This document shows, one piece after another, positions 1 through 15,919 of a stretch of 64,000 nucleotides of DNA. Both the position numbers and the translations under genes were made by a program. This DNA comes from Gallionellaceae bacterium (lineage in GTDB: Bacteria > Pseudomonadota > Gammaproteobacteria > Burkholderiales > Gallionellaceae). Positions within the stretch are counted from its first letter, which is position 1. Each line of letters opens with the position of its first letter. The notes below the pieces were generated by a model. The model did not search any database, was not told where the DNA came from, and saw nothing but the letters and a program-made list of their open reading frames with translations. The DNA is taken from assembly GCA_004297065.1 (NCBI GenBank), contig SCUU01000042.1, positions 2,312 to 66,311 of the forward strand, written 5' to 3'.

Positions 1-1
1 C

Positions 2-598
2 AACGATACCGACAAGAACTACCTGGCGCAGAACTTCATCGCTTTCTTCAACCGCGACTATAAGCGCGTGGCTCAGGTGCATATCGAGTCCGGCTGGGTA
101 CCGGCGCATACCCGCGTGGACGAACTGGAGGCGGCTATCCGTGCGGTGTGCGAACCGATCTTTGACAGGCCATTGCGCGAGGTGTCGTTCGGCAAGGTGT
201 TACTGCGCCTGTTCCAGACTTCGCGCCGTTTCGGCGTAGAGATACAACCGCAACTGGTGTTGCTGCAAAAGACGCTGCTCAACATTGAGGGACTGGGCTT
301 GCAGTTAGATCCCGAACTCGACCTGTGGAAAACCGCCAAGCCCTGGCTGGAGCGCTGGATGAGCGAGCAGGTGGGCTGGCGCGGGTTTATCAAGTCGCTG
401 AAGGATGAGGCGCCGCGTTATGCGACGTTGCTACCGCAGATTCCGCGTTTATTGCATGCGCGTTTGAACGAGAATCCGATGGCGAAGTATGAGGCCGCGT
501 TGCTGGATTTTGCGGTGCAACAGAGGAAGCGGAATTTCTGGCTGATGGTGATTGCTGTTGCGGCGGTTATTGCGACCGCCTGGCTGGTATTGCACTAA
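2..598 (+). CDS. ubiB: UbiB/AarF-family ubiquinone biosynthesis kinase-like protein, C-terminal fragment (5' end is outside the window)
   Basis: Frame 2 is open from base 2 ([34 protein letters not shown]...). This resembles the conserved UbiB C-terminal region. It ends in a hydrophobic helix ([19 protein letters not shown]) and a TAA stop at 596-598. Confidence 0.8.
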   Translation, partial: NDTDKNYLAQNFIAFFNRDYKRVAQVHIESGWVPAHTRVDELEAAIRAVCEPIFDRPLREVSFGKVLLRLFQTSRRFGVEIQPQLVLLQKTLLNIEGLGLQLDPELDLWKTAKPWLERWMSEQVGWRGFIKSLKDEAPRYATLLPQIPRLLHARLNENPMAKYEAALLDFAVQQRKRNFWLMVIAVAAVIATAWLVLH

Positions 599-606
599 CG
601 CCTAGA

Positions 607-1377
607 TCAGTTCTCGAAGAATCCGCTCTTCACCAATTCCAGCGTCAATGCCTTGTAATCCGCCGCACCGGGGGTGTGGGGAGCGAAGGCGAATATGTCC
701 AGACCGTGCATCGGGCTGGCTGCCAGCGCCACATTCTCCCCGATGCGGGTATTGCATACCTGAGAACCGTAGCGCTCCCTCAGTTTGTCGTAGATATCGA
801 AGGATAGTTTGCGGCGGGAATCGAAGCGCGTTACCACGATACGCCGCTCGAATTTGCGTTGAAGTTTCGTTTCCAGCACGTTCAATGCCGCATCCAGACG
901 ATGCACCCCCTGCTGCGACAGGTAATCCGCCGAGACGGGGATCAATACCCGGTCGCATGCCAGCAACGCATTCAGCGTAAGCACGCCCAACATCGGGCAG
1001 CAATCGATCAGAATCGGTGCGCCGCTAAGTGCCAGTTCTTCGCTTAGGCCTTGTTTTAAAATCTTTGCTGCATTCGGATCGCTACCATAGAGAACATCGA
1101 TCTTGGACAGTTCGATGGAGGCCGGAATAAGCTGCCAACCTGCGGGAGTATCGTGCAGCAGTTTGGCTAGCGATGTTTTATCCTTGAAAAAGGCCATCAT
1201 ATTGCGCGCTTGAGTACGCGCATCTTTCAACCCGGAAGCCAGACTCAGGGATCCTTGCGGGTCCATATCGAGCGCAATAGGCTGCCGTTGTGCCATGGCT
1301 AAACCGGCGACGATATTCAACGTGGAAGTTGTCTTCCCTACCCCGCCTTTTTGGTTGAATACGGCGATGACCGCCAT
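607..1377 (-). CDS. ParA/MinD-family P-loop ATPase (orphan, no adjacent partner gene)
   Basis: 256 aa. It has the deviant Walker A motif with the signature lysine (VFNQKGGVGKTTST) and ParA-like length and layout. It is convergent with ubiB and separate from the parAB operon at 11.7-13.3 kb. Confidence 0.85.
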   Translation of the reverse strand: MAVIAVFNQKGGVGKTTSTLNIVAGLAMAQRQPIALDMDPQGSLSLASGLKDARTQARNMMAFFKDKTSLAKLLHDTPAGWQLIPASIELSKIDVLYGSDPNAAKILKQGLSEELALSGAPILIDCCPMLGVLTLNALLACDRVLIPVSADYLSQQGVHRLDAALNVLETKLQRKFERRIVVTRFDSRRKLSFDIYDKLRERYGSQVCNTRIGENVALAASPMHGLDIFAFAPHTPGAADYKALTLELVKSGFFEN

Positions 1378-1507
1378 ATGATCTTCTCCACGTTGTGGGA
1401 ACGGATGTCGCTTCTGCTCTTACGATTGGCGGCTTTGGCCGGGATGTTATCCCTTGACGTTCGATACGCTCACGTTAGCCTGCGCCGCAAGCCGCGCGCC
1501 AAACACG

Positions 1508-3334
1508 TTACTCAACAGTGACAGATTTGGCCAGATTGCGCGGCTTATCAACATCGGTTCCCTTTTGCAATGCCACGTAATATGCCAGCAGTTGCAAAGG
1601 GATCGTGTGCAGAATAGGGCTTAGAAAGCCCGCGTGTTCGGGCATTTGCATTACATGCACGCCTTCGCTGGAGTGGATGCGCGTCTCGGCATCGGCAAAT
1701 ACGTACAATTCGCCGCCGCGTGCGCGTACTTCTTGCAGGTTGGATTTCAACTTTTCCAGCAAGGTGTCGTTCGGGGCGACCGCAATGACGGGCATATCTT
1801 CATCCACCAAGGCCAGCGGGCCATGCTTCAGTTCGCCTGCCGGATAGGCTTCGGCATGGATGTAGGAGATCTCTTTGAGTTTGAGCGCGCCTTCCAGTGC
1901 AATGGGATAATGCAAGCCACGCCCTAGGAACAAAGCATGATGTTTATCGGCGAATTGTGCAGCCAGCTTGGCAATTTCCGGCTCGAGCTTCAGTACTGCG
2001 ATTACGGCGCTGGGCAGATGGCGCAAATCATGCAGGTGTTGCAACTCTTGCTGCGGCGTCAATTTTCCGCGCTGTTTCGCCAATACCAAGGTCAGCAAGA
2101 ACAATGCAGCCAATTGGGTGGTAAACGCTTTGGTGGATGCCACGCCGATCTCGGGACCCGCTCTGGTCAACAAGCGCAGTTTGGATTGGCGGATGATGGC
2201 GCTTTCCGGCACGTTGCATATTGCCAGCGTATGCAGATGTCCGATGGATTTTGCGTGAGTCAGTGCGGCCAGCGTATCTGCCGTTTCGCCGGATTGGGAT
2301 ATAGTGACCACCAACGTTTTTGGATTGGCAACGCTGACCCGGTAACGATATTCACTGGCAATTTCAACGACACAAGGAATGCCGGCGATTTCTTCCAGCC
2401 AATAGCGCGCCACCATGCCGGCATGGTGGCTAGTGCCGCAGGCCAAAATCAGGATGCTGTCAATTTCCTTGAACGCACTGGTTGCCTCCGCACCAAAGAT
2501 GCCCGGTATCAGTGATTGGCTATTGCACACCGACTCTAGGGTGTCTGCCAGTGCCTGGGGTTGTTCGTGAATTTCTTTTTGCATGTAGTGCTGGTACTCA
2601 CCCAACTCTACGCTCGCATTGTTCAAGGTGCTGATATGCACGGGACGAGTTACTTCAGCGCCTTTCGCATTGAATATGCGGTAGTTGGCCAGCGCCAGTT
2701 CGACCACATCGCCTTCTTCCAGATACACCACCTTTTGCGTGACTTGCAGCAAGGCCGACATATCGGAGGCGATGAAGTGCTCACCTTCGCCCACGCCCAG
2801 CAGCAGAGGGCTACCTTTGCGCGCCCCGATGAAATGTTGAGGGTTGTCTGCCGCCACCACGCCGATCGCATAAGCACCTACCAACTGGGCAATCGCCGCT
2901 TGCGTGGCGGCCAGCAGGTTTTTATCCTTCACATAGAAGGAGTGAACCAGATGGGCGATCACCTCTGTGTCGGTATCCGAGGTAAATACATATCCTTGTG
3001 TGACCAGTCGCGTACGCAATTCTTCGTAGTTTTCGATAATGCCGTTATGCACTACCGCGATTAGGTCTTTGCTGAGGTGCGGATGCGCGTTGCGCTCGCT
3101 CGGCACGCCATGGGTTGCCCAACGAGTGTGTGCTATACCGATATGGCCTTGCGTATTAGCGCTCTTTTCACTCAGCTCTGCTACCCGGCCTGTACTGCGT
3201 ACTCGGTTCAGTTTGCCGCCATCGACCACAACCAAACCTGCCGAATCGTAACCGCGATATTCCAGCCGCAACAGGCCTTGCAACAGGATGGGCACTACAT
3301 TACGTTGCGCTACTGCGCCTACAATTCCGCACAT
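1508..3334 (-). CDS. glmS: glutamine--fructose-6-phosphate aminotransferase
   Basis: 608 aa. The N-terminus MCGIVGAV carries the catalytic Cys2. Two SIS domains follow, and the C-terminus is ...[12 protein letters not shown]. Confidence 0.97.
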   Translation of the reverse strand: MCGIVGAVAQRNVVPILLQGLLRLEYRGYDSAGLVVVDGGKLNRVRSTGRVAELSEKSANTQGHIGIAHTRWATHGVPSERNAHPHLSKDLIAVVHNGIIENYEELRTRLVTQGYVFTSDTDTEVIAHLVHSFYVKDKNLLAATQAAIAQLVGAYAIGVVAADNPQHFIGARKGSPLLLGVGEGEHFIASDMSALLQVTQKVVYLEEGDVVELALANYRIFNAKGAEVTRPVHISTLNNASVELGEYQHYMQKEIHEQPQALADTLESVCNSQSLIPGIFGAEATSAFKEIDSILILACGTSHHAGMVARYWLEEIAGIPCVVEIASEYRYRVSVANPKTLVVTISQSGETADTLAALTHAKSIGHLHTLAICNVPESAIIRQSKLRLLTRAGPEIGVASTKAFTTQLAALFLLTLVLAKQRGKLTPQQELQHLHDLRHLPSAVIAVLKLEPEIAKLAAQFADKHHALFLGRGLHYPIALEGALKLKEISYIHAEAYPAGELKHGPLALVDEDMPVIAVAPNDTLLEKLKSNLQEVRARGGELYVFADAETRIHSSEGVHVMQMPEHAGFLSPILHTIPLQLLAYYVALQKGTDVDKPRNLAKSVTVE

Positions 3335-3361
3335 GATTGATTTCCGTTTTTGGTAGTCGAA

Positions 3362-4720
3362 TTATTTTTTCTTGGTGGGACGCTGCCAGCCGCTTACGCT
3401 GACCTGCTTTGCACGTGACAACGTCAATTCTCCGGCAGGTGCATCTTTGGTAATGGTAGAGCCTGCACCGATGGTGGCACCTCGGCCTACTGTCACTGGT
3501 GCAACCAGTTGAGTGTCGGAGCCGATAAAGGCATCATCCTCTATTACCGTTCTGAATTTGTTGGCACCGTCGTAATTGCAGGTTATGGTGCCTGCGCCGA
3601 TGTTGACGCGACTGCCTACCGTCGCATCGCCTATATAGCTTAAATGGTTGGCTTTGCTGTTATCGGCAATCTCGCTATTTTTGATTTCCACGAAATTGCC
3701 GATATGAACATCGTCGTGCAGGATGCTGCCGGGACGGATGCGCGCAAACGGGCCGATGTGACATTGTTCGCCTATCGTTGCCCGGTCGATATGGCTGTAT
3801 GGCGCAACCTGGGTATTTGCCGCGATACGGGTGTTTCTTATCACGCTATAGGCACCTATTTTTACGCCCTTAGCCAAATGCACTTGCCCTTCAAAAATAC
3901 ATCCCACATCAATTTCCACATCGCGTTCACAAATTAGCTGTCCGCGAATATCCAGCCTGGCTGGATCGGCCAGTGTAACCCCCTGAATCAACAGCCTGTC
4001 GGCCTGCTCCAACTGCCAGAGACGTTCCAGTTCCGCTAATTGGATTTTGCTGTTGATACCCATGACTTCCCAAGCATGAGCAGGCTGAACGGTATTGATT
4101 TTTACCCCTTGAGTTACGGCCATTGCGACTATGTCGGTCAGGTAATATTCGCCCTGCGCATTTTCATTGCGCAGATTTCCCAGCCATTCGCGCAGCATGC
4201 CAGTTGGTGCGGCCAGAATTCCGGTGTTTATTTCCTGTATTTGACGTTGTTCCGGCGTTGCATCTTTTTCTTCGACGATGCGGGTTACCTTTCCTGCGGC
4301 ATCGCGCACGATGCGACCATAACCCTTCGGATTGTCCAGATACTGCGTTAACAGTGTCATGGATTTTTGGTCTGCCAATATTTTTTGCAAAGTATCTTGC
4401 CGGATGAGCGGCACGTCGCCATAGAGCACCAGTGTGATGCTGTCATTGTCGAGTTGCGGCAGTGTCTGTTGTACTGCATGCCCAGTACCCAGTTGCGGTT
4501 CCTGCAGAATAAACAGAGCGCTACTCTGTGCCAGCGCCTGTGGCACCATCTCGCCACCATGCCCATATACCACAATAATTTTTGTCGGCTGCAGATTTGC
4601 CGCCGTATCCACAACATGCTGCAACATGGGCTTTCCGGCTATGGAATGCAATACTTTAGGTTTGTCCGAATGCATACGCGTACCTTTGCCGGCCGCGAGA
4701 ATCACAATATTAAGAGCCAT
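3362..4720 (-). CDS. glmU: bifunctional UDP-N-acetylglucosamine pyrophosphorylase / glucosamine-1-phosphate N-acetyltransferase
   Basis: N-terminal LAAGKGTRM nucleotidyltransferase motif and C-terminal hexapeptide-repeat (left-handed beta-helix) region. The ORF opens at 4732, but [16 protein letters not shown] (ATG at 4720) is the likelier start. Confidence 0.94.
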   Translation of the reverse strand: MALNIVILAAGKGTRMHSDKPKVLHSIAGKPMLQHVVDTAANLQPTKIIVVYGHGGEMVPQALAQSSALFILQEPQLGTGHAVQQTLPQLDNDSITLVLYGDVPLIRQDTLQKILADQKSMTLLTQYLDNPKGYGRIVRDAAGKVTRIVEEKDATPEQRQIQEINTGILAAPTGMLREWLGNLRNENAQGEYYLTDIVAMAVTQGVKINTVQPAHAWEVMGINSKIQLAELERLWQLEQADRLLIQGVTLADPARLDIRGQLICERDVEIDVGCIFEGQVHLAKGVKIGAYSVIRNTRIAANTQVAPYSHIDRATIGEQCHIGPFARIRPGSILHDDVHIGNFVEIKNSEIADNSKANHLSYIGDATVGSRVNIGAGTITCNYDGANKFRTVIEDDAFIGSDTQLVAPVTVGRGATIGAGSTITKDAPAGELTLSRAKQVSVSGWQRPTKKK

Positions 4721-4756
4721 CTTCTTCCACATGGTTTGGGTGCGCGAAGTATAAAC

Positions 4757-4780
4757 AAAAAAAACGGCTTTCGCCGTTTT
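4757..4780 (-). terminator. rho-independent terminator after atpC
   Basis: On the minus strand: acggc-gaaa-gccgt stem-loop followed by an 8-T run. It lies 27 nt downstream of the atpC stop. Confidence 0.7.
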
Positions 4781-4806
4781 CCTTGTACTGCTTATCCTTG
4801 TAAAAC

Positions 4807-5235
4807 TTAGTGCATGGAACCTTTGCGCATTTTGGATATCGCGTGCAACTGTGCAATTGCCTCGGCCAATTCAGCCTGCGCAGCAGCATAATCAATATCA
4901 GAAGAGCGATTTTTCATTGCTTCTTCGGCAGCACGTTTAGCTTCCAATGCTCTTGCTTCGTCCAGATCGGCACCGCGAATTGCGGTGTCTGCCAGAATGG
5001 TCACCACATTGGGCTGTACCTCCAGCATGCCACCGGAAACGTAAATCAACGTGTCTTCACTCTGATTTGGCAGCTTGAGGCGAACCGAGCCAGGTTTGAT
5101 GCGGGTCAGCAGCGGAGCATGGCGAGGATAGATACCCAACTCGCCAGCTTCGCCGGGAACAATGACCAGCTCCGCCAACCCGGAAAAGATGGATGCCTCG
5201 GCACTCACCACATCGACATGAACTGTCATGGCCAT
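4807..5235 (-). CDS. atpC: F0F1 ATP synthase subunit epsilon
   Basis: [44 protein letters not shown] closely parallels E. coli AtpC. The ORF opens with GTG at 5244; the ATG at 5235 is preferred. Confidence 0.95.
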   Translation of the reverse strand: MAMTVHVDVVSAEASIFSGLAELVIVPGEAGELGIYPRHAPLLTRIKPGSVRLKLPNQSEDTLIYVSGGMLEVQPNVVTILADTAIRGADLDEARALEAKRAAEEAMKNRSSDIDYAAAQAELAEAIAQLHAISKMRKGSMH

Positions 5236-5246
5236 ATTATTCACCC

Positions 5247-7573
<2,327 letters not shown>

Positions 7574-7587
7574 GATCGGACTCTCGC

Positions 7588-9129
7588 TTAGTAAACTGCG
7601 GTGGACTTAAAGGTTTCAATCGCAGCCGACAGCAGCTTCTCGTTGTCGGTACTCAGGTCTTTGCTGTTGCCGATCGCATCCATCAAGTCCTTGTTCTTGG
7701 ACTTCAGGTACACGTGCAAAGCGGACTCAAATGCCAGTGCCTTCTTGACTTCCACGTCGTCGAAATAACCCTTGTTTACGCAGAACAGTGTTACCGCCAT
7801 TTCGGCTACAGACAAAGGGGCATATTGCAACTGTTTCATCAACTCGGTAACCAGACGACCGCGCTCCAACTGTTTGCGGGTTGTTTCATCCAGATCGGAA
7901 GCAAACTGCGCGAAAGCCGCCAATTCACGGTATTGGGCCAGAGCCAGACGCACGCCGCCACCCAGCTTCTTGATAACCTTGGTTTGCGCCGCACCACCCA
8001 CGCGGGACACCGAGATACCGGCATTGATCGCGGGACGGATACCGGCGTTGAACAAGTCGGTTTCCAGAAATATCTGGCCGTCGGTAATCGAAATCACGTT
8101 GGTCGGAACGAATGCGGAAACGTCACCCGCAGCAGTTTCAATGATGGGCAATGCTGTCAGCGAACCAGTCTTACCTTTAACCTCACCTTTGGTGAAAGCT
8201 TCAACGTAATCGGCATTCACGCGGGATGCGCGCTCCAGCAGACGCGAGTGCAAGTAGAACACGTCACCGGGATAAGCTTCACGACCGGGCGGACGGCGCA
8301 GCAACAGGGAGATTTGACGGTATGCCCAAGCTTGCTTGGTCAAGTCATCGTATACGATCAGCGCATCTTCGCCGCGATCACGGAAGTATTCGCCCATGGT
8401 GCAACCGGCGTAAGGTGCCAAAAACTGCATCGCAGCGGAATCGGAAGCCGTCGCTGCAACCACAATGGTATAGCTCATCGCGCCGTGTTCTTCGAGTTTG
8501 CGCACCACGTTGGCAATGGTTGAAGCCTTTTGACCGATCGCCACATAAACACAGGTCATGCCCTGACCCTTTTGGTTGATGATCGCGTCAACGGCAACTG
8601 CAGTCTTGCCGGTCTGGCGGTCACCGATGATCAGTTCACGTTGGCCGCGACCTACTGGAACCATGGAGTCGATAGACTTCAAACCGGTCTGTACTGGCTG
8701 ATCCACGGATTTACGAGCGATAACGCCTGGAGCAACCTTTTCAACTTTGTCGGTCATTTTGGCATTGATCGGACCTTTACCGTCAATGGGCTGACCCAAG
8801 GCGTTCACTACGCGACCCCGCAACTCGGGGCCAACCGGCACTTCCAGAATTTTGCCGGTGCATTTTACGGTGTCGCCTTCGGAAATATGCTCATACTCAC
8901 CGAGAACAACGGCACCCACGGAGTCGCGCTCCAAGTTCAGCGCCAAACCGAAAGTGTTGCCCGGGAATTCCAGCATTTCGCCTTGCATAACATCGGACAA
9001 ACCGTGAATACGAACGATACCGTCGGTTACGCTAACTACGGTACCTTCAGTACGCGCTTCGGTCAAAGCCTCAAAGTTTTCAATGCGGCTACGGATCAAG
9101 TTGCTAATTTCAGAGGGGTTGAGCTTCAT
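7588..9129 (-). CDS. atpA: F0F1 ATP synthase subunit alpha
   Basis: 513 aa. Walker A motif GDRQTGKT and N-terminus [19 protein letters not shown]. Confidence 0.97.
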   Translation of the reverse strand: MKLNPSEISNLIRSRIENFEALTEARTEGTVVSVTDGIVRIHGLSDVMQGEMLEFPGNTFGLALNLERDSVGAVVLGEYEHISEGDTVKCTGKILEVPVGPELRGRVVNALGQPIDGKGPINAKMTDKVEKVAPGVIARKSVDQPVQTGLKSIDSMVPVGRGQRELIIGDRQTGKTAVAVDAIINQKGQGMTCVYVAIGQKASTIANVVRKLEEHGAMSYTIVVAATASDSAAMQFLAPYAGCTMGEYFRDRGEDALIVYDDLTKQAWAYRQISLLLRRPPGREAYPGDVFYLHSRLLERASRVNADYVEAFTKGEVKGKTGSLTALPIIETAAGDVSAFVPTNVISITDGQIFLETDLFNAGIRPAINAGISVSRVGGAAQTKVIKKLGGGVRLALAQYRELAAFAQFASDLDETTRKQLERGRLVTELMKQLQYAPLSVAEMAVTLFCVNKGYFDDVEVKKALAFESALHVYLKSKNKDLMDAIGNSKDLSTDNEKLLSAAIETFKSTAVY

Positions 9130-9160
9130 CTGACTTTTCCTTATTTCGATAAATCGGTGA

Positions 9161-9694
9161 TTAGGCCAAAGCGACAGCCAGTTCTGATAAACGCGTACGC
9201 GCAGAGCCGTCTATTACTTTGTCCCCAGCGCGGATAACAATGCCACCCAGCAACTCGCGATTTGTTTCGCAACTGAGTTTTATTTCGCGCCCCATTTTGA
9301 TTTTAAGCGCTGCGGTAACTTTCTGCTTTTGAGCATCGCTCAAATCGTAGGCAGAGGTTACAACGACATCTATGCTTTTCTCGGCTTCCGCACGCAACAC
9401 TTCGAACAACGCGCAAATTTCCGGCAGTACCAGCAAGCGATTGTTTTCTACCAGCAGCTTGATGAAGTTTTGCGCCGCCTTGCCGGAATTATTTCCAGAC
9501 AAGGCCCGCATCAAATCAGCCAGCTTGCCAGCATTTACTTTCGGGCTGCGGATGACAGCCTGAAGATCGGCATTTTCTACCGCAGCAGCAGCGGCACTTA
9601 ACATTTCAGACCAGCTTTTCAGTTCACCCAGTTTTTGGGCTTCATCAAAAGCCGCCTGAGCATAGGGACGTGCAGCTGTAATGGCTTGGGACAT
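9161..9694 (-). CDS. atpH: F0F1 ATP synthase subunit delta
   Basis: 177 aa. Its operon position between atpF and atpA and its OSCP-like sequence ([12 protein letters not shown]...) support the call. Confidence 0.93.
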   Translation of the reverse strand: MSQAITAARPYAQAAFDEAQKLGELKSWSEMLSAAAAAVENADLQAVIRSPKVNAGKLADLMRALSGNNSGKAAQNFIKLLVENNRLLVLPEICALFEVLRAEAEKSIDVVVTSAYDLSDAQKQKVTAALKIKMGREIKLSCETNRELLGGIVIRAGDKVIDGSARTRLSELAVALA

Positions 9695-9699
9695 AGCGC

Positions 9700-10170
9700 T
9701 TAGATTTCCGCAACGAGTTTGTCAAGCAGATCGTTGTGTGCTTTCGCATCAATTTCACGACCCAGAATTTTGCCCGCGCCAGCCAGTGCAACTGCAGAAA
9801 CTTGCGTGCGCAGTTGCTCTTTTGCCCGGAATACTTCCTGGTCGATTTCTGCCTTGGCACCCGCGAGGATACGATCACCTTCAGTTTTGGCATTGGCCTT
9901 GGCTTCTTCGACGATTTCGCTCGCGCGCTTTTCTCCAGATGCGATAATCTCGCCAGCTTTTTCTTTGGCCTGGTGGATTATTTCCGCCGAGCGTTTTGCC
10001 GCCAGTTCCAGATCATGCTTGCCGCGCTCGGCAGCGGCCAAACCATCAGCGATGGTTTTGGCGCGCTCTTCCATTGCTCGCAGCAAGGGTGGCCACACAA
10101 ACTTCATGGTGAACCAGATGAGGATGGCAAATGTGATTGCCTGTCCCAGCAAGGTTGCGTTGATATTCAC
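9700..10170 (-). CDS. atpF: F0F1 ATP synthase subunit b
   Basis: 156 aa. One N-terminal transmembrane helix followed by a long charged Ala/Glu/Lys-rich helix. Confidence 0.93.
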   Translation of the reverse strand: MNINATLLGQAITFAILIWFTMKFVWPPLLRAMEERAKTIADGLAAAERGKHDLELAAKRSAEIIHQAKEKAGEIIASGEKRASEIVEEAKANAKTEGDRILAGAKAEIDQEVFRAKEQLRTQVSAVALAGAGKILGREIDAKAHNDLLDKLVAEI

Positions 10171-10203
10171 GACAGCCCCTTTCAGTCAGTAACGATGGAC
10201 GAA

Positions 10204-10488
<285 letters not shown>

Positions 10489-10507
10489 TTAATTAATAAA
10501 GCGAAAC

Positions 10508-11670
<1,163 letters not shown>

Positions 11671-11693
11671 GCTCGCTTATTCACGTCAACGAT

Positions 11694-12536
11694 TTATTTC
11701 AGCCGCGCAATCAACTCATCCAGATGATCGTTGTTTACATATTCAATGATCAGCCTACCCGCCCCTTTTTTTCCTGTTTTTATTTGAACCACCGTACCTA
11801 TGCATTGGGACAACTCTTCCTGCAAATTCAAGATGTCCCTGTCTGGCGTCGGCTTTTTCGGTTTCGCATGCGGATTTAATAAGGCCTGAACAAGTTTTTC
11901 TGCCTCTCTTACGGAAAGACTATCTGCAACAATTTTATTTGCCGTTGTAATTAACCGAGCGGCATCCAAAGATAGCAGCGCCCTTGCATGCCCCATATCG
12001 AGCTTGTTTTCCATGAGCATGCTTTGTACCGTTTCGGGCAATTTTAGTAAGCGCAATAAATTACTCGCTGCGCTACGTGAACGGCCTACCGCATCAGCCG
12101 CTGTTTGGTGCGTCATCTGAAACTCGTCAATCAAACGCTGGATACCAACGGCTTCTTCCAGCGGGTTTAAATCTTCGCGCTGAATATTCTCGATCAGGGC
12201 CATGGCGAGTGCCGCATTGTCCGGCACTTTGCGCACCAGCACGGGCACTTGCGTTAGCCCGGCCAACTGGGCTGCGCGCCAACGACGCTCTCCCGCAATA
12301 ATTTCATAGCCGCCGTTGCTTAATTCACGCGCCAAAATTGGTTGCATGATGCCCTGCGCTTTGATCGAAGCAGCCAGTTCATTCAGCGATTCCTCGTCCA
12401 TGCGGCTACGGGGCTGATATTTTCCCGGCTTGAGTTGCTCGACTTTCAGTTCGCGCAGCGCGTCACCGCTTTGGTCTTTGTTTCCCGATAACAGGGCGTC
12501 CAAGCCGCGCCCGAGTCCTTTGTTTGGTTTTGCCAT
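11694..12536 (-). CDS. parB: chromosome partitioning protein ParB (Spo0J)
   Basis: N-terminus MAKPNKGLGRGLDALL, ParB box GERRWRAA and an HTH region. It lies directly downstream of parA. Confidence 0.94.
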   Translation of the reverse strand: MAKPNKGLGRGLDALLSGNKDQSGDALRELKVEQLKPGKYQPRSRMDEESLNELAASIKAQGIMQPILARELSNGGYEIIAGERRWRAAQLAGLTQVPVLVRKVPDNAALAMALIENIQREDLNPLEEAVGIQRLIDEFQMTHQTAADAVGRSRSAASNLLRLLKLPETVQSMLMENKLDMGHARALLSLDAARLITTANKIVADSLSVREAEKLVQALLNPHAKPKKPTPDRDILNLQEELSQCIGTVVQIKTGKKGAGRLIIEYVNNDHLDELIARLK

Positions 12537-12545
12537 GACTGTTCC

Positions 12546-13331
12546 TTAGATTGAACCTGTTGCTGCCCGCGATGCGTTATTGAGTAATTCTCCGGCCAAT
12601 GCCAGATAGGCTAACGTACCCTTGGATTGGCTGTCGTAATATAGTGCCGGAAGTCCATAACTGGGTGCCTCCGCCAAACGCACATTGCGTGGAATTACCG
12701 TGCGATACACTTTTTCGCCAAAGTGTTGTTGTAATTGATCTGAGACCTGCTGCGCCAAGGTGTTGCGCGGATCAAACATGGTGCGCAGCAAACCCTCAAT
12801 TTCCAATTCCGGGTTAAGGTGAGCACGCACTTTGCGGATAGTGTTGACCAGATCACTCAACCCTTCCAGCGCATAGTATTCGCACTGCATCGGAATCATG
12901 ACTGATTGTGCCGCACACAGGCCATTCAGTGTCAGCAAATTCAGCGCCGGCGGACAATCGATAAGGACATAATCATAATCATCGCGCACGACATCCAACG
13001 CTTTTTTGAGGCGCATCTCGCGATTTTCCAATTCGACCAACTCGATTTCTGCGCCTGCCAGTTCGCGATTGGCGGGCAACACATCGTATTTGCCGGCTTC
13101 TGCAGGTGCGCGTGCCTCACGAATGACTTTTTGTCCCAGGAGTACATCGTAAACGGTAGCTGCAAGCACGGTTTTATCAATGCCGCTACCCATCGTAGCG
13201 TTCCCCTGAGGATCAAGGTCGATCAGCAAAACCCGCTGCTTTGCAGCAGCCAGACTTGCCGCAAGATTCACCGCAGTGGTGGTCTTTCCCACCCCCCCTT
13301 TTTGATTGGTAACCGCAAGTATTTTGGTCAT
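12546..13331 (-). CDS. parA: chromosome partitioning ATPase ParA (Soj)
   Basis: [28 protein letters not shown] is the deviant Walker A motif. The ORF opens at 13358, but the ATG at 13331 (MTKIL) is likelier. Confidence 0.93.
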   Translation of the reverse strand: MTKILAVTNQKGGVGKTTTAVNLAASLAAAKQRVLLIDLDPQGNATMGSGIDKTVLAATVYDVLLGQKVIREARAPAEAGKYDVLPANRELAGAEIELVELENREMRLKKALDVVRDDYDYVLIDCPPALNLLTLNGLCAAQSVMIPMQCEYYALEGLSDLVNTIRKVRAHLNPELEIEGLLRTMFDPRNTLAQQVSDQLQQHFGEKVYRTVIPRNVRLAEAPSYGLPALYYDSQSKGTLAYLALAGELLNNASRAATGSI

Positions 13332-13951
13332 TTGTTTTCTCTCAATACCACCAAACAACGAGCTGCTTCTAACTTAGGAATCTGCAAAGGAATAATTTGT
13401 TCAACCATTACGCTTTCCGGCAAACACTTCAACTCCCGCCCCGGCAGGCCTTTCATGGCTGCCCAGCGCCCACTTTCTGCCAACAAGTGCTGAGTTAGCG
13501 TCACAAACTCGGCGGTTTCTGCAAAGGCGCGCGAGATGATTCCGTCGAATTTTTCCGCGACTTGCCATTCCTCGATTCGCGCACAATGCACTTCCACATT
13601 GTGCAGCCCCAGTTCTATGCTGGCCTGCTGGACAAAGCTGGTTTTCTTGCTATTGCTGTCCAGTAATGTAAACGACCACTCTGGCCGCACAATCGCCAAT
13701 ACCACTCCCGGCAAACCGGCCCCACACCCTACATCCAACCAGCGCTTGGGCCACAAATGCGGCAAGACGGCAAGGCTATCGAGCAAGTGGTTGCTTACCA
13801 TTTGCTTTGGCTCGCGTATTGCCGTGAGGTTGTACACCTTGTTCCATTTGTGCAAAAGCGCCAGATAATCCAGCAATTTTTGCTGCGCCTCCGGTGCAAC
13901 ATCTATTCCCAGTTGCGCTATGCCATTCGATAAGTCTATCGCCAGCATCAT
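13328..13951 (-). CDS. rsmG: 16S rRNA (guanine527-N7)-methyltransferase
   Basis: 207 aa. SAM-binding motif [10 protein letters not shown] and the conserved mnmG-rsmG-parA-parB gene order. Confidence 0.93.
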   Translation of the reverse strand: MMLAIDLSNGIAQLGIDVAPEAQQKLLDYLALLHKWNKVYNLTAIREPKQMVSNHLLDSLAVLPHLWPKRWLDVGCGAGLPGVVLAIVRPEWSFTLLDSNSKKTSFVQQASIELGLHNVEVHCARIEEWQVAEKFDGIISRAFAETAEFVTLTQHLLAESGRWAAMKGLPGRELKCLPESVMVEQIIPLQIPKLEAARCLVVLRENK

Positions 13952-15846
13952 GCGTGCAAGCGGGGCGCGTTACCCGCCCCTCCCCGTTTCAAGTGTACCA
14001 AGAGCAACGATATAGCCGCCGGTGTTATACCCGAAATTCTCGCCGCCTGCCCCAGTGTTTCTGGGCGATGCTGGCTCAACTTCTGCCGCACCTCCGTCGA
14101 TAAGCCGCGCACTGTCGAATAATCCATGGTTGCCGGCAATTTCAACATTTCGTTTTCAACCTGGCGCGCAATCTCGTCGTGTTGGCGTTCTATATACCCT
14201 TGGTATTTGGCCTGAGTTTCAACCTGTTCGGCAATTTTGCTGTCCCGCACACCCGCACACACTCCGTTCATAGACATCAGGCTTGCATAACTTACATCCG
14301 GTCGCCGCAATAACTCATACAAGGAATATTCGCGTTCAATATTTTTGCCCAGCACCCGCTCCGCTTCGGCCTGCGCCAGCAACTTGGGATTTACCCACGT
14401 CGATTTCAGACGCTCCAATTCTTGTGCCACGCGCTCACGTTTGTTCTCAAAAGAGACCCAGCGCGCATCGTCAACCAAACCCAATTGGCGACCAATTTCT
14501 GTCAAACGCATGTCGGCATTGTCTTCGCGCAACTGCAAACGATATTCCGCGCGGCTGGTAAACATCCGATATGGCTCCGATACGCCGCGCGTAATCAGAT
14601 CATCCACCAATACGCCCAAATACGCCTCATCGCGCCGGGGATGCCAAGAATCTTCTTCTCTGGCATAGCGCGCCGCATTCAAACCCGCCAATAACCCTTG
14701 TGCAGCAGCCTCTTCATATCCCGTCGTGCCATTAATCTGGCCTGCCAAAAACAAACCCTTGATGGTTTTTGTTTCCAGCGAGGTTTTTAAGCCACGCGGG
14801 TCGAAATAATCGTACTCAATTGCATAACCAGGGCGCGTAATATAGGCATTCTCCAAGCCCTTGATCGAACGCACTAACGCCAGTTGTATGTCGAATGGCA
14901 AGCTGGTGGAAATACCGTTCGGATAGACCTCATGCGTGCTCAGCCCTTCCGGCTCCAAAAATATCTGGTGCGAATCCTTATCCGCAAAGCGCGTAATCTT
15001 ATCCTCAATGGAGGGGCAATAGCGCGGCCCGACGCCCTCAATTACTCCGGTGAACATCGGGGAGCGATCCAATCCGCCACGAATAATGTCATGCGTGTGG
15101 ATATTTGTCTGTGTTATCCAGCACGGCAATTGCTGCGGATGCTGTTCTGCCCGACCCAAAAACGAAAACACAGGCACCGGATCATCACCCGGCTGTTTGA
15201 CCATGGCGGAATAATCGATGCTGCGCCCGTCGATGCGCGGCGGCGTGCCGGTCTTCAAGCGCCCCATAGGCAACCCCAATGCCCGCAAGTCTTGCGCCAA
15301 CGCTACCGATGGCGGATCGCCCGCCCGTCCGGCCTGATAATTAGACAGGCCCACATGTACAAGGCCGGACAAAAATGTTCCCGTCGTTAACACGACACTT
15401 TTTGCCGTAAAACGCAAACCCAACTGCGTCTCTATGCCGAGCACTCGGTCGCCATTCGTGAGCAATTTTTCTGCGGCCTGCTGAAACAACCAAAGGTTAG
15501 GCTGATTTTCCAGCCGACAGCGTATGGCCTGTTTATACAGCGCCCGATCCGCCTGGGCCCGGGTGGCCCGCACCGCCGGGCCTTTGGATGAGTTCAGGAT
15601 GCGAAATTGTATTCCGGCTTCGTCGGTTGCCGACGCCATCGCACCGCCCAGTGCATCCACCTCTTTGACCAGATGCCCCTTGCCAATACCGCCGATGGAC
15701 GGGTTGCACGACATCACCCCCAAGGTTTCGATGTTATGCGTAACGAGCAAAGTGGCTCGCCCCATACGCGCACTTGCCAGCGCGGCCTCTGTTCCGGCAT
15801 GGCCGCCGCCCACAACGATCACATCAAATTCTTTCGGGTAATTCAT
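13948..15846 (-). CDS. mnmG: tRNA uridine 5-carboxymethylaminomethyl modification enzyme MnmG (GidA)
   Basis: 632 aa. N-terminal FAD-binding motif [16 protein letters not shown]. Confidence 0.97.
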   Translation of the reverse strand: MNYPKEFDVIVVGGGHAGTEAALASARMGRATLLVTHNIETLGVMSCNPSIGGIGKGHLVKEVDALGGAMASATDEAGIQFRILNSSKGPAVRATRAQADRALYKQAIRCRLENQPNLWLFQQAAEKLLTNGDRVLGIETQLGLRFTAKSVVLTTGTFLSGLVHVGLSNYQAGRAGDPPSVALAQDLRALGLPMGRLKTGTPPRIDGRSIDYSAMVKQPGDDPVPVFSFLGRAEQHPQQLPCWITQTNIHTHDIIRGGLDRSPMFTGVIEGVGPRYCPSIEDKITRFADKDSHQIFLEPEGLSTHEVYPNGISTSLPFDIQLALVRSIKGLENAYITRPGYAIEYDYFDPRGLKTSLETKTIKGLFLAGQINGTTGYEEAAAQGLLAGLNAARYAREEDSWHPRRDEAYLGVLVDDLITRGVSEPYRMFTSRAEYRLQLREDNADMRLTEIGRQLGLVDDARWVSFENKRERVAQELERLKSTWVNPKLLAQAEAERVLGKNIEREYSLYELLRRPDVSYASLMSMNGVCAGVRDSKIAEQVETQAKYQGYIERQHDEIARQVENEMLKLPATMDYSTVRGLSTEVRQKLSQHRPETLGQAARISGITPAAISLLLVHLKRGGAGNAPRLHA

Positions 15847-15919
15847 CTACAACCCACGCCAAATAAAGGCGCGCATCATACATCAAAAAGCATTCTGGCA
15901 AGGGCAACGACTGCGAAAG

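Noticed and set aside
607-1377. The idea that the orphan ParA is a carboxysome-positioning McdA.
   Set aside because: The only RuBisCO in the window is form II, without small-subunit or shell genes. No McdB-like partner follows the ParA gene, and it lies 43 kb from the cbb cluster.
3335-3361. Looked for a glmS ribozyme or leader upstream of glmS.
   Set aside because: Only 27 nt separate glmS from glmU, and the two genes are evidently co-transcribed. There is no room for the ~170-nt ribozyme, which as far as I recall is mainly a Gram-positive feature.
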